Positions 1-8,663 of a DNA stretch of 32,000 nt are shown piece by piece (position 1 is the stretch's first letter; every line of letters starts with the position of its first letter). Under the pieces are notes generated by a model. It was not told the origin of the DNA. It was given only the letters and a program-made list of their open reading frames with translations, and searched no databases. Origin of the DNA: an uncultured Methanosphaera sp. (lineage in GTDB: Archaea > Methanobacteriota > Methanobacteria > Methanobacteriales > Methanobacteriaceae); assembly GCA_946537725.1 (NCBI GenBank), contig CAMNFZ010000004.1, positions 6,534 to 38,533 of the forward strand, read 5' to 3'. The position numbers and the translations under genes were made by a program.

Positions 1-1477
1 GTTTTCCCCTTTTTCCAAAAGTATTACTATCCCAATCAATCCAAATTTTAGCATAAACATATCTCTGTTCAAGTCGGGAATATTCTCCTGCGAGATAACG
101 TAAAACATCTTCATATGCATCCCAACTTAAATCATGATAGGGCATAGCTTGTTTTATGACATGATAAACATGTTTAATATTTTGTCTGCCTTCAATAGCA
201 ATACCATAAATATGTTGAGCAAGAACATCTAAACAATTTGAAGGTAAACTAATCCTATCAATTTTTCCTTCAATAGCATTCTTAAGAATTAAACTACATT
301 CAACAAGATCATCCCTATTAACGACAATCATCCGGCCCTTCGATTTTTCATGTAATTGATGTCCACTACGACCAATACGTTGAAGAGCCCTAGAAACAGA
401 TTTAGGTGAACTGATAAGAATAACCAGATCAATATAACCAATATCAATACCTAATTCCAAGGATGTACTACTTACAACAACTTTCAAATTACCTTCTTTA
501 AGCTCATTTTCTGTTTCTAATCTAACTTCTTTAGATAAGGAGGAATGATGAGCCATAACATTCTTTGAATTATAATATTTAGGAAAATGTTGAGTTAACT
601 TATATGACACACTTTCAGCACCACTACGAGTATTTGTAAAAATTAACGTAGTCTTATGTTCCTGAATCAATTTATGTAACAAATTATAAAGTTCATCATT
701 TAAAGTTTCTTGATCAGTTTCAATAATATTTTCAACAGGACACATTACCTTCATATCTAACTGTTTCAGATAATTAACATTAATAATTTCACAATCACGT
801 GGATGTCCCCAGAAATAACCTGACAAAAAATTAGCAATTCTCTCGGGAGGGCTAACAGTTGCACTTAAACCAATCCTGGTAAAACCACCAGTTAATTCGT
901 TTAATCTTTCTAAACTAAGACTTAAATGAGTACCTCTCTTATTTTCAGCTAATGAATGTATTTCATCTATTATAACATATCGTACACTTTTCAATTTTTC
1001 CCTAAATTTTGGTGCAACTAGAAGAATGGATAAAGTTTCGGGAGTAGTAATTAATATGTGTGGTGGATGCTTTAACATTTTAGAACGTTGGTACTGGGTA
1101 GTATCACCGGTTCTAACAGCTTGCTTAATTCCAACATCATGTCCTGCTATATTATTAATGCCCTCAATAGGTTCTTCTAAATTTTTAAAAATATCATTAT
1201 CTAAAGCCTTAAGAGGAGAAATATAAATACAATAAACCTTTTCTTCAAGCATATTCCTTTCACTAAGGCTTGTTAATCCAGATAATATGGCTAAAAATGC
1301 TGTTAAAGTTTTACCAGAACCTGTTGGTGATAAAATTAAAATATTCTTTCCAGCATTAATGTGGGGGATGGATTGTCTTTGAGCTTCAGTAAAAGTTTCA
1401 AACTTACTCTTAAACCATTTACTCACATAAGGATGTAGTAAGTTATGGATATGTTCATCAGTATACTCTACGGACAT
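1..1477 (-). CDS. lhr: Lhr-family DEAD/DEAH-box ATP-dependent helicase. This is the N-terminal ~492 codons; the 3' end lies beyond the window start.
   Basis: Absent from the ORF track because it is open at the window edge. My reverse-strand translation from the ATG at 1477..1475 gives [37 protein letters not shown]...[16 protein letters not shown] (Walker A). It continues with YVIIDEIH (DEIH box), [12 protein letters not shown] and LQRIGRSGH (motif VI), with no stop down to base 2. It starts 11 nt after the stop of the upstream phosphoesterase gene. Confidence 0.85.
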   Translation of the reverse strand, partial: MSVEYTDEHIHNLLHPYVSKWFKSKFETFTEAQRQSIPHINAGKNILILSPTGSGKTLTAFLAILSGLTSLSERNMLEEKVYCIYISPLKALDNDIFKNLEEPIEGINNIAGHDVGIKQAVRTGDTTQYQRSKMLKHPPHILITTPETLSILLVAPKFREKLKSVRYVIIDEIHSLAENKRGTHLSLSLERLNELTGGFTRIGLSATVSPPERIANFLSGYFWGHPRDCEIINVNYLKQLDMKVMCPVENIIETDQETLNDELYNLLHKLIQEHKTTLIFTNTRSGAESVSYKLTQHFPKYYNSKNVMAHHSSLSKEVRLETENELKEGNLKVVVSSTSLELGIDIGYIDLVILISSPKSVSRALQRIGRSGHQLHEKSKGRMIVVNRDDLVECSLILKNAIEGKIDRISLPSNCLDVLAQHIYGIAIEGRQNIKHVYHVIKQAMPYHDLSWDAYEDVLRYLAGEYSRLEQRYVYAKIWIDWDSNTFGKRGK

Positions 1478-1487
1478 AATATCAGCT

Positions 1488-2222
1488 CTAATACTCATTT
1501 AATTCTCGTTCAACATTCAATATGTCTTTAACTAATCCAAAAGGATAAATTTCATCATCTTCAACAGCAATAACTTCAAAATCTAAAACATTTTTAATAA
1601 AGGGTGAAATCGTTTTTTCATGCAAAACATCAGATCCTGAACTGATGGTTGTAAAAGAAGGCAATACAATTAAATTATATTTCTCCCATCTTCCTTTAAG
1701 AAATGATTTAACTTTTTCAACACGTTCCTGATTTCTAACACCAATACATGGATGTTCATGTCCAATTATGATTGTTTCAATTTTTTCAGGTATTTTTTCT
1801 GGTATCTTATGTCCATGTGTAATCATAAACTTATCAATTAATACATAATCTTCTAAGATTAAATCTCTTTTATTCAAAATATATTGTGTAAAATTATCAT
1901 GATTTCCTTTAACTACCTTAATATCTATAAAAATATCTGACAGATAATCAATAAAATCTAAAACTTCCTTCCATTCCTGTTTACTGATACTGCCAAAGTT
2001 ATGTTTAATATCACCATTTAAAATTATTCTCTTAGCATTAGCTTTTTCTTGAATACAATCTAAAGTTTCTATTAATTTATCAAATTGATGTTGGGGTATC
2101 ATTAAACCCTCATTATTTAAAGAACTTTCATAACCAAAATGCAAATCAGAAATTATAAGAGTATCTTCTATCTTTAAACTATTTCTTATTATTTCAGTTC
2201 CGTAGATATTAAGATGATTCAT
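1488..2222 (-). CDS. Calcineurin-like metallophosphoesterase (SbcD/Mre11-related MPE), co-operonic with lhr
   Basis: Metallophosphoesterase motifs appear in the expected order: ISDLHFG, NGDIKH, GNHDN, THGH, GHEHP. The gene is 244 aa and lies directly upstream of the helicase on the same strand. Confidence 0.8.
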   Translation of the reverse strand: MNHLNIYGTEIIRNSLKIEDTLIISDLHFGYESSLNNEGLMIPQHQFDKLIETLDCIQEKANAKRIILNGDIKHNFGSISKQEWKEVLDFIDYLSDIFIDIKVVKGNHDNFTQYILNKRDLILEDYVLIDKFMITHGHKIPEKIPEKIETIIIGHEHPCIGVRNQERVEKVKSFLKGRWEKYNLIVLPSFTTISSGSDVLHEKTISPFIKNVLDFEVIAVEDDEIYPFGLVKDILNVERELNEY

Positions 2223-2370
2223 AATACTTATTATGTATTCATATTGTTAAATTTTTTTCTAAGATTTAAATAATATTCTTTGAAGTAATAAATAATATTA
2301 TTAACTACTTTTTTATAGATATAATACCATAGTATTTCATATAAATTAAAATACAAAGGGAATTATTATT

Positions 2371-2952
2371 ATGACAGATATAGGTACAATAAAACAAAAT
2401 CTTGCTAATGATGATTATGAAATAAGACAAGAAGCATGTAAAGAATTAGTGGAATATCCTGAAGAAGGTATCTCCTTATTAATTAATACATTTGAAGATA
2501 AAAATCCACATGTAAGATTTCAAGCAGCAAAATCATTGGCAGAAATAGGTACAGACTCAATAAAACCATTAATAACAGCATTAAACTCAGATAATCCAGT
2601 AGTTCAAAAATATGTTATATTAGCATTAAAAGATATTGGTGATGATACAGTATCTGAAGAACTTATAGGAGCATTAAATTCTGAAGAATTTGCAATAAGA
2701 AAGTTTGCTGCTAAAGCATTAGGTGAAATGGAAGTTAAAGAAGCAGTTGATCCAATAATTGAATTATTGAAAGATGATGATTGGGGTGTGAGAACTTCAG
2801 CAGCTAAAGCATTAGGTGATATTAAAGAAGAAAGAGCTATTGATCCTATTAAAAAAGCAAGACGTGCAGCAACAGGAGATAAAGAATTTAAAAAAGTTGC
2901 TAACAAATCCATTAAAAAAATTGAAGCTGAAGTTAAAAAATCCAAAAAATAA
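2371..2952 (+). CDS. HEAT/PBS-lyase-like repeat protein
   Basis: There are five to six ~31-aa repeats of the form VRxxAAKALGxIGdxxAixPLixaLxD. An exact 17-nt DNA repeat GCTAAAGCATTAGGTGA occurs at 2710..2726 and 2803..2819, which is 93 bp or 31 codons apart. The C-terminal tail is Lys-rich. Confidence 0.8.
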   Translation: MTDIGTIKQNLANDDYEIRQEACKELVEYPEEGISLLINTFEDKNPHVRFQAAKSLAEIGTDSIKPLITALNSDNPVVQKYVILALKDIGDDTVSEELIGALNSEEFAIRKFAAKALGEMEVKEAVDPIIELLKDDDWGVRTSAAKALGDIKEERAIDPIKKARRAATGDKEFKKVANKSIKKIEAEVKKSKK

Positions 2953-2968
2953 TCAATTCTACTTTTAT

Positions 2969-3808
2969 TCATTCTTTTTTATAAATTGTTTCATAAATAT
3001 CTTTTCTTTTATTTTTAATAATAGGGATCTGTTCACGAACTGTTTTAATAGATTCCGGATCTAATACTGAGTAAATTATCTCCTCTTTTTCATCAGCCTT
3101 AGCTAATATTTTACCCCATGCATCAACAATCATAGAATGACCCCATGCTACATAATAAGGATTTTCAAGTTGACTTGGCGAAGTAGCTACGACAAACAAC
3201 TGATTGTCAATAGCACGTGCTCGAATAAGTGTTTCCCAATGAAGAGGACCAGTGGTTTTATTGAATGCTCCAGGTAACAATATTATGTCTGATCTTTTTT
3301 GATTCATTATATTCCAAAACTCATTAAAACGGATATCATAACAAATAGCTAATGAAATAGTAGCAAATGAAGTTTTCACTGTTGTTACCTTATTTCCTGC
3401 AGATAATGTATCTGATTCAGTAAATTTCATACTTGGTGTATTAATATCAAATAAGTGAGCTTTCCTATGTTTACTAATAATTTTTCCATTATCATCAATT
3501 AAATATGCACTATTATAAATTTTACCTTCGTCACGTTCTGGGATGGAACCTGCTTGTAAAAAGATATTATTGTCTTTAGCAACTTCACACATTTTTTCTA
3601 AAGTATAACTATTTTCTTCCTCTTCCGCATTTTCAATAAACTTGGCATTAGTATAAGGTGTATTGAACATTTCGGGTAGAGTAATCAGTTTAGCATTGTT
3701 TGAAGCAGCTTCTTCAATTAATTCCAATGCATGATTAATGTTTGTTTGTTTATCATCTATAACATTCATTTGGCAACAAGCAATCTTAAATTCTTCCATA
3801 ACTATCAT
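2969..3808 (-). CDS. Carbon-nitrogen hydrolase family protein (nitrilase/omega-amidase, Nit2-like)
   Basis: The Glu-Lys-Cys catalytic triad contexts are present: LPEMFNTPY, HRKAHLFD, AICYDIRF. The length of 279 aa is typical for the family. Confidence 0.8.
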   Translation of the reverse strand: MIVMEEFKIACCQMNVIDDKQTNINHALELIEEAASNNAKLITLPEMFNTPYTNAKFIENAEEEENSYTLEKMCEVAKDNNIFLQAGSIPERDEGKIYNSAYLIDDNGKIISKHRKAHLFDINTPSMKFTESDTLSAGNKVTTVKTSFATISLAICYDIRFNEFWNIMNQKRSDIILLPGAFNKTTGPLHWETLIRARAIDNQLFVVATSPSQLENPYYVAWGHSMIVDAWGKILAKADEKEEIIYSVLDPESIKTVREQIPIIKNKRKDIYETIYKKE

Positions 3809-3880
3809 CTTGACTAAAATATTAAATAATAATCTATAATTAAAAGGTTAAATATATTATCAATTAATATAGGTGAGAAA

Positions 3881-4138
3881 ATGTATGAAGTAGAAATAGA
3901 TAGAAATAACTGTAAAGGGTGTGGAGCATGTACAAAAACATCACAAATATTATTTTTAGATAAGGATAATCTAATTAATATGCAAGGTGGCTTCGTAGAA
4001 GATGGTATAGTTGAAGGAATGGTTAAAACATTATATGAAATAGAAACATCAGCAAGTATATGTCCAAAAGATTGTTTTACAGTATATGATGAAAATACTG
4101 GTGAAGAAATAGAAATAGAACGTCATGCTAATATATAA
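3881..4138 (+). CDS. Small single-cluster [4Fe-4S]/[3Fe-4S] ferredoxin
   Basis: The pattern CKGCGAC ... CPKDCF (CxxCxxC...CP) matches mono-cluster ferredoxins, in an 85-aa protein. A Shine-Dalgarno-like GGTGAGAAA lies directly before the ATG. Confidence 0.7.
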   Translation: MYEVEIDRNNCKGCGACTKTSQILFLDKDNLINMQGGFVEDGIVEGMVKTLYEIETSASICPKDCFTVYDENTGEEIEIERHANI

Positions 4139-4152
4139 TGGGGTGAGAAAAT

Positions 4153-4566
4153 ATGTTAGATTTATTTCCTGAAGATGAAATGAATAAATGGAAATTATTT
4201 ATTTCCTATCCAAAAGTATGTGATGATTATAATACATTTATGTCCCGTTTAGAATCAGCTACTGAAGCATTTAAATGGGAGGATGTTACAGATACTACAG
4301 ATAATTTTGCAGAAGCTATTGATGACTGTGATGCTTTAATTGTGTTGTCTGGTTTATGGGATGATGATAGGGATAGGATTAAAGAACATATACGTTATGC
4401 TCAATCGTTTAACAAAGCAATTATAATTATAAGACCTTATGGTGCTGAAGAAATACCTGAAGAATTAAAGGATGTTGCAACTAAGGTTGTTGGTTGGAAT
4501 ACTGCATGTATTGTCGATGCAATTCTTTTAAGTATAAATGGGGAGGATTATGAATTTTTAATGTAA
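4153..4566 (+). CDS. MTH538-like TIR-like domain protein (DUF1863 family), function unknown
   Basis: The protein shows an alternating beta/alpha pattern with KLFISY near the N-terminus. Further motifs are DALIVLSGLW..RDRIKEHIRYA, KAIIIIRPYG, VVGWN and CIVDAI. I recognise this pattern as the MTH538/DUF1863 family. The gene starts 14 nt after the ferredoxin stop and has a near-identical GGTGAGAAAAT leader. Confidence 0.6.
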   Translation: MLDLFPEDEMNKWKLFISYPKVCDDYNTFMSRLESATEAFKWEDVTDTTDNFAEAIDDCDALIVLSGLWDDDRDRIKEHIRYAQSFNKAIIIIRPYGAEEIPEELKDVATKVVGWNTACIVDAILLSINGEDYEFLM

Positions 4567-4574
4567 TTCATAGT

Positions 4575-5312
4575 TTAAAAGAAGGAATCTAATGTTGAAA
4601 TGTCTTCTTTTATAAGATTTAATGGTGCTTCCATAGGGATAAATTCCATCTGTAATGATTCAAGTTCTTCTAAAGCATTTACAGTAATATCGGGAGCAAC
4701 AATTATCCCTCTAACAAAATCTTTGTTGTCTTTAAAACAATCAACATATCTTTTTAATTGTTTTACTGCATTCATACCCGCTTTTCTACTTTTAAATTCC
4801 AGTATCATTAAGGTTTCATTGGCATCTGTTCCCATTAAATCAATAAAACCATTTTCGGTCTGGTATTCACGTCTGGTTGGTCTAAAACCTTTTTCGATAA
4901 TGTCTGGTTTTTCCCAGGCTAAATCGACCATATGTTTTTCATAGCCACGTATTTCAAGATCTTTTGTATCAACACAATTATAATATGTGATATTATATAT
5001 TTCATCTAAAAAAACTTTAATTTCTTCGTTAGGTTTAATTTTTTTACTGGTTAGTAGAATTCCTTCATCTGTTGAAGATACTTTATTTTTACAGCCGGGA
5101 GCTTGCCAATTCACGGGATCTAAATTTAATTCTTGATGAATTGCAAATGTACCATCTTTTTTTATTAAAATTAATCGGTCACCACTTTCAAGTACGCTTC
5201 TTGCTCTGCCTTCATATTCTACATGACATTTTGATAAAATGATTATCATGGCTTTTTTATCAAATCCTTCTTGTATTATGTCATATGCTTCTTTTGTATT
5301 TGGATTTTCCAA
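4575..5312 (-). CDS. nucS: Endonuclease NucS (EndoMS, mismatch-specific endonuclease)
   Basis: The N-terminal domain reads CHVEYEGRARSVLESGDRLILIKKDGTFAIHQ. The C-terminal RecB-like nuclease domain reads GFIDLMGTD...LMILEFKSRKA...QLKRYV. The only in-frame start after the upstream stop is the TTG at 5312. Confidence 0.9.
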   Translation of the reverse strand: MENPNTKEAYDIIQEGFDKKAMIIILSKCHVEYEGRARSVLESGDRLILIKKDGTFAIHQELNLDPVNWQAPGCKNKVSSTDEGILLTSKKIKPNEEIKVFLDEIYNITYYNCVDTKDLEIRGYEKHMVDLAWEKPDIIEKGFRPTRREYQTENGFIDLMGTDANETLMILEFKSRKAGMNAVKQLKRYVDCFKDNKDFVRGIIVAPDITVNALEELESLQMEFIPMEAPLNLIKEDISTLDSFF

Positions 5313-5450
5313 TGTTTTGAATTTAATTATAATCCCTCTTAATTTATTCTTATTACTACTTTTGTAAAGTAAACTTTTAATAAATTTACCTATATAAATA
5401 TCTAGTATATATAATAAAATATAAAAATAACATTGTTATAATATATATAG

Positions 5451-5993
5451 GTGTTACACTTGAAAAACATTTTAAAAGTATTATCCATAATAATCGGAGC
5501 ATTTGCTGCATTAATCTTAACAAGATTAGGAATAAGTTACTTACTACTTTTAGTTGCATTAGGATTTATTTTGCCATTTTTAACAAAAGATAAAAAAAGT
5601 GCAGTACTATCAGGAATATTATACGCGGCCATAAGTTATATTATAAGTTATCCATCAGGATTATTTTTAAGTAATTATATGCCATCAATAGAAATACCAA
5701 TAAATATAAGTCCAATAGAAGTAATTTTCAATTTATTACTCGGTTTATTAGTACCTATGATAGTAGCAGCAATTATATGCTTCATCACAGCTATTATAGG
5801 AGAATATTTAAGTAACAAAATTCAACACAAAGATAAAAAAGAAAAAGAATATCATTTTCAACAAAACAATGAAAATAAAATACAATATGATGAGGGTTTT
5901 GAGGAAATCACGCCATATGATAGAAAAAATTTACTTGATTTAACATCAATACAAAAAGCAAAAAATAAAAGAAAAAATAAAGAAAATAAGTGA
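5451..5993 (+). CDS. Hypothetical membrane protein (about 4 TM segments) with a Lys/Asn-rich C-terminal tail
   Basis: Hydrophobic segments are visible (IIGAFAALILTRLGISYLLLLVALGFILPF, VLSGILYAAISYIISY, LLLGLLVPMIVAAIICFITAIIG). The start is GTG. The stop overlaps the start region of the next gene. I recognise no family. Confidence 0.55.
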   Translation: MLHLKNILKVLSIIIGAFAALILTRLGISYLLLLVALGFILPFLTKDKKSAVLSGILYAAISYIISYPSGLFLSNYMPSIEIPINISPIEVIFNLLLGLLVPMIVAAIICFITAIIGEYLSNKIQHKDKKEKEYHFQQNNENKIQYDEGFEEITPYDRKNLLDLTSIQKAKNKRKNKENK

Positions 5994-5998
5994 TTTTC

Positions 5999-7213
5999 AT
6001 GAAAGAAGTAATAATAGTAGGTGCAGGAACAGGAGGATTAAGTGTAGCAAGAGAATTATCAAAAAATTCTAATGTAAACATCACAATAATAGAAAAAGGT
6101 CCAACATCTGATGCAAAAGATGCATATAAATACTATGATGCATGGGATAAAAATGAAATGGAACTAATCAAAACAGATTTAGTCGGAGGATCATCCCTAG
6201 TAATAGCAGGAAACTTCATACCAACACTAGTTGAAGAATTAAAAGAATATGATATCGACATAACACCTCAACTAGAACAATTAAAAGAAGAAATTGGAAT
6301 ACAAACCATGCCCGAAACGCATGAAGGAAAAATAAATAAACTATTAAAAAAAGCATCATCCGAATTAGGGTTAGACATGAAAGACATGCCAAAAGGAATT
6401 AACCCCGAAAAATGTATTCAATGCGGAAAATGTGCATGGGGATGTCCAAACGGTGCAAAATGGGATAGTCTAGAAGATTTAAAAATTGCAAAAGAAAATG
6501 GAATAAAATTAATTACAAACGAAGCAGTAATTGGTTTAATAGCAGAACACAATATAATAAAAGGAGTAAAAACAAATCAAGGCAATCAATACTTAGCAGA
6601 TATTGTAATAGTTGCAGCAGGAGGAATGGTAACTCCTAAATTACTCCGAACAGTCGGAATAAAAGCAGGTGAAACATTTTCTGTAGATCCTTTTATAACA
6701 GTAGGAGCATATTTGAAAGGAGCTAATCAAGATTATGAAATCCAGATGAACAAATACATTCATTTACCTCACATAGTAATATCATCACATACTAGTCACC
6801 TATTGCTACCAAAAATACAAGAAACACATCCTGATGCTACAGCAGATGACATCATAAGTTTGATGGTTAAAGTACCAGACAACTTAAAAGGACATGTTTA
6901 CATGAACGAAGTTGTTAAAGGAATAGACTTCGAAGATGCATCATTACTTGCAAGAGGAGCTGCAATAGCAGGAAATATATTAGTAAAAGCAGGGGCAGAT
7001 ATAAAAAGTTTATCTTCAACTCATGTGAGAGGAGCTCATTTAATCGCTTCAGCCAGAATTGGGGATGTAGTAGATAATAATTTAGAAACGAAAATACAAA
7101 ATTTATATGTTGCTGATGGAAGCGTACTTCCAAAAGCACCAGGCATGCCTCCAATATACACTATATTGGCGTTATCTAGACGTTTAGGTCAATATTTATC
7201 AAACAAATTATGA
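5999..7213 (+). CDS. GMC-family FAD-dependent oxidoreductase
   Basis: The N-terminus has a Rossmann motif, VIIVGAGTGGLSVA. An internal motif CIQCGKCAWGCPNGAKW is common in this GMC subgroup. The C-terminus has the GMC signature YVADGSVLPKAPGMPPIYTILALSRR. I prefer the ATG at 5999; a GTG at 5990 overlaps the upstream stop. Confidence 0.75.
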   Translation: MKEVIIVGAGTGGLSVARELSKNSNVNITIIEKGPTSDAKDAYKYYDAWDKNEMELIKTDLVGGSSLVIAGNFIPTLVEELKEYDIDITPQLEQLKEEIGIQTMPETHEGKINKLLKKASSELGLDMKDMPKGINPEKCIQCGKCAWGCPNGAKWDSLEDLKIAKENGIKLITNEAVIGLIAEHNIIKGVKTNQGNQYLADIVIVAAGGMVTPKLLRTVGIKAGETFSVDPFITVGAYLKGANQDYEIQMNKYIHLPHIVISSHTSHLLLPKIQETHPDATADDIISLMVKVPDNLKGHVYMNEVVKGIDFEDASLLARGAAIAGNILVKAGADIKSLSSTHVRGAHLIASARIGDVVDNNLETKIQNLYVADGSVLPKAPGMPPIYTILALSRRLGQYLSNKL

Positions 7214-7462
7214 TTATTTTTTAATATGGGCTGTGATAATAGTAAAACTAGAAGAGTTTAAAGTAATTTCAATATTATCATAGTTTATATAATAATTTTT
7301 TCCTTTTTTAGAAATTACACTATTTTTATTTTCAATAATTTTGATACAATAATTTACAATATCCTCAGTATCTAAATTAAGATTATTTTGTACACGTTTA
7401 ACGCCTAGTTCTGTTGTATGGATTTTTTCTTTATTTTTGATTATTTCTTCTTTGAAATTCAT
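7214..7462 (-). CDS. Small DUF3781-like protein
   Basis: The pattern HTTELGVKRVQNNL...GKNYYINYDNIEITLNSSSFTIITAH resembles the DUF3781 family. I chose the internal ATG at 7462 (MNFKEE...) because the 108-aa track ORF would overlap thiI with a hydrophobic, poly-T-encoded extension. Confidence 0.5.
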   Translation of the reverse strand: MNFKEEIIKNKEKIHTTELGVKRVQNNLNLDTEDIVNYCIKIIENKNSVISKKGKNYYINYDNIEITLNSSSFTIITAHIKK

Positions 7463-7502
7463 ATAACCACTAAAAAAAAATAATAAAATGAAAATTATTA
7501 AG

Positions 7503-8654
7503 TTATAAATCAATTCTGGTGATTGTTTGAGATACCTCATCTATTACACTTTTTTGATCTATATCTTCAATAATCTTCTTCACTAACTCTAAATCTGCAT
7601 GAGTTTCAGGATATTTCGGTACTGCACTGCAACCACCATCTGGAATTATTGATGTTTCATAGGTACCAATTTTTTTAGCTATTGTTTCAATTTCAATTTT
7701 ATCATAGGTTATTAAAGGACTGAATATTGGCATTCTACAATGGTATCTTGTAGCTTCGATATTGTTTAATGTTTGGGAAGCTACTTGGCCGATACTACTT
7801 CCATCCACTATTGCATTAGCTTTTTCTTTTTTAGCTAATATGGCTGCTGATTGATACATTCCACTTTTACATAATACACAAGTCATACGCGGTGGAGCTT
7901 CTTTCTGTGCATGTTCTAAATATTCTCCAAATTTTATAGAATAAACTTTAATCTCTTCACCTAAAGAATATTTTCTTAAATTATCTGCATTTTCAAGTAC
8001 TTTAGGAACTGTTCCTGAACCAAATGGGGTATTATCACAGTGAAGCAATGTTACGGAACATCCTCTTTTTAACATTAACCATGCTGCAACTGGGGAATCT
8101 ATGCCTCCTGAAATCAAACAAACAACTCTGCCTTGACTTCCTACTGGTAATCCTCCAAGACATTGGATTTTTTCATAATAAATGTATGTTTTTTCGTTAC
8201 GTACTTCAACATATACTGTAAAATCAGGTTTTGATAGATTTACTTTTGCATTGGTTATATCTATAACAACGGATCCTACATATCCTGCCATTTCTTGGCT
8301 GGTAAATTCATGTTTTCCCACACGTCTACATTTTGCAGCGAATGTATCTTTTTCTGGATTGAATTTTCCGGATTTAACCATTGTTGGTAATGTTTCATTA
8401 ATTAATATGGCAATTTCTTCTTTGTCTGTTATTGTTTCATATATTGGACTATAGGATACTATGCCGAATACTCTACTTAGCACATCATGTACTTTTTCAT
8501 TATTTTCTTCAGTTATTAAGGTTAGTCTTCCCTGATCATTTTCAAATTCACAGTTTAGTTCTGTTTTAATATTTGACATTAGTTTTTTTTCAAATTTACG
8601 TCTTATTTTAGGACTTTTTACTCCTATTTCTCCATATCTTACAAAATATTTCAT
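7503..8654 (-). CDS. thiI: tRNA 4-thiouridine synthase / thiamine biosynthesis protein ThiI (no rhodanese domain)
   Basis: The N-terminus RYGEIGVKSPKIRRKFE marks the ferredoxin-like/THUMP region. The PP-loop is LISGGIDSPVAAWLMLKRG. A GAGGGA Shine-Dalgarno sits 6 nt before the ATG. Confidence 0.9.
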   Translation of the reverse strand: MKYFVRYGEIGVKSPKIRRKFEKKLMSNIKTELNCEFENDQGRLTLITEENNEKVHDVLSRVFGIVSYSPIYETITDKEEIAILINETLPTMVKSGKFNPEKDTFAAKCRRVGKHEFTSQEMAGYVGSVVIDITNAKVNLSKPDFTVYVEVRNEKTYIYYEKIQCLGGLPVGSQGRVVCLISGGIDSPVAAWLMLKRGCSVTLLHCDNTPFGSGTVPKVLENADNLRKYSLGEEIKVYSIKFGEYLEHAQKEAPPRMTCVLCKSGMYQSAAILAKKEKANAIVDGSSIGQVASQTLNNIEATRYHCRMPIFSPLITYDKIEIETIAKKIGTYETSIIPDGGCSAVPKYPETHADLELVKKIIEDIDQKSVIDEVSQTITRIDL

Positions 8655-8663
8655 TAAATCCCT

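Noticed and set aside
1026-1226. 66-aa plus-strand ORF
   Set aside because: It lies inside the reverse-strand Lhr helicase coding region, antisense to the stretch between the Walker A and DEIH boxes.
2604-3064. ORFs of 122 aa (minus) and 82 aa (plus) overlapping the HEAT-repeat gene and the hydrolase 3' end
   Set aside because: They are shadow ORFs of the repeat-containing gene. The composition is repetitive (Ser/Ala/Leu or Lys/Leu runs) and no family is recognised.
4153-4566. TIR-like gene as part of a Thoeris-type defence system
   Set aside because: No ThsA-like partner (SIR2, Macro or SLOG/TM effector) or any other effector is adjacent. The sequence looks like the conserved MTH538-type archaeal family rather than a variable island gene. 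I kept it as a finding only for the ferredoxin linkage.
4600-4944. 114-aa plus-strand ORF inside nucS
   Set aside because: It is antisense to a confidently identified NucS gene and has no independent support.
7463-7540. N-terminal extension of the DUF3781-like ORF overlapping the thiI 3' end
   Set aside because: The extension is encoded by a poly-T/poly-A tract (LIIFILLFFFSG) and overlaps thiI. The internal ATG at 7462 gives a protein matching the family length.
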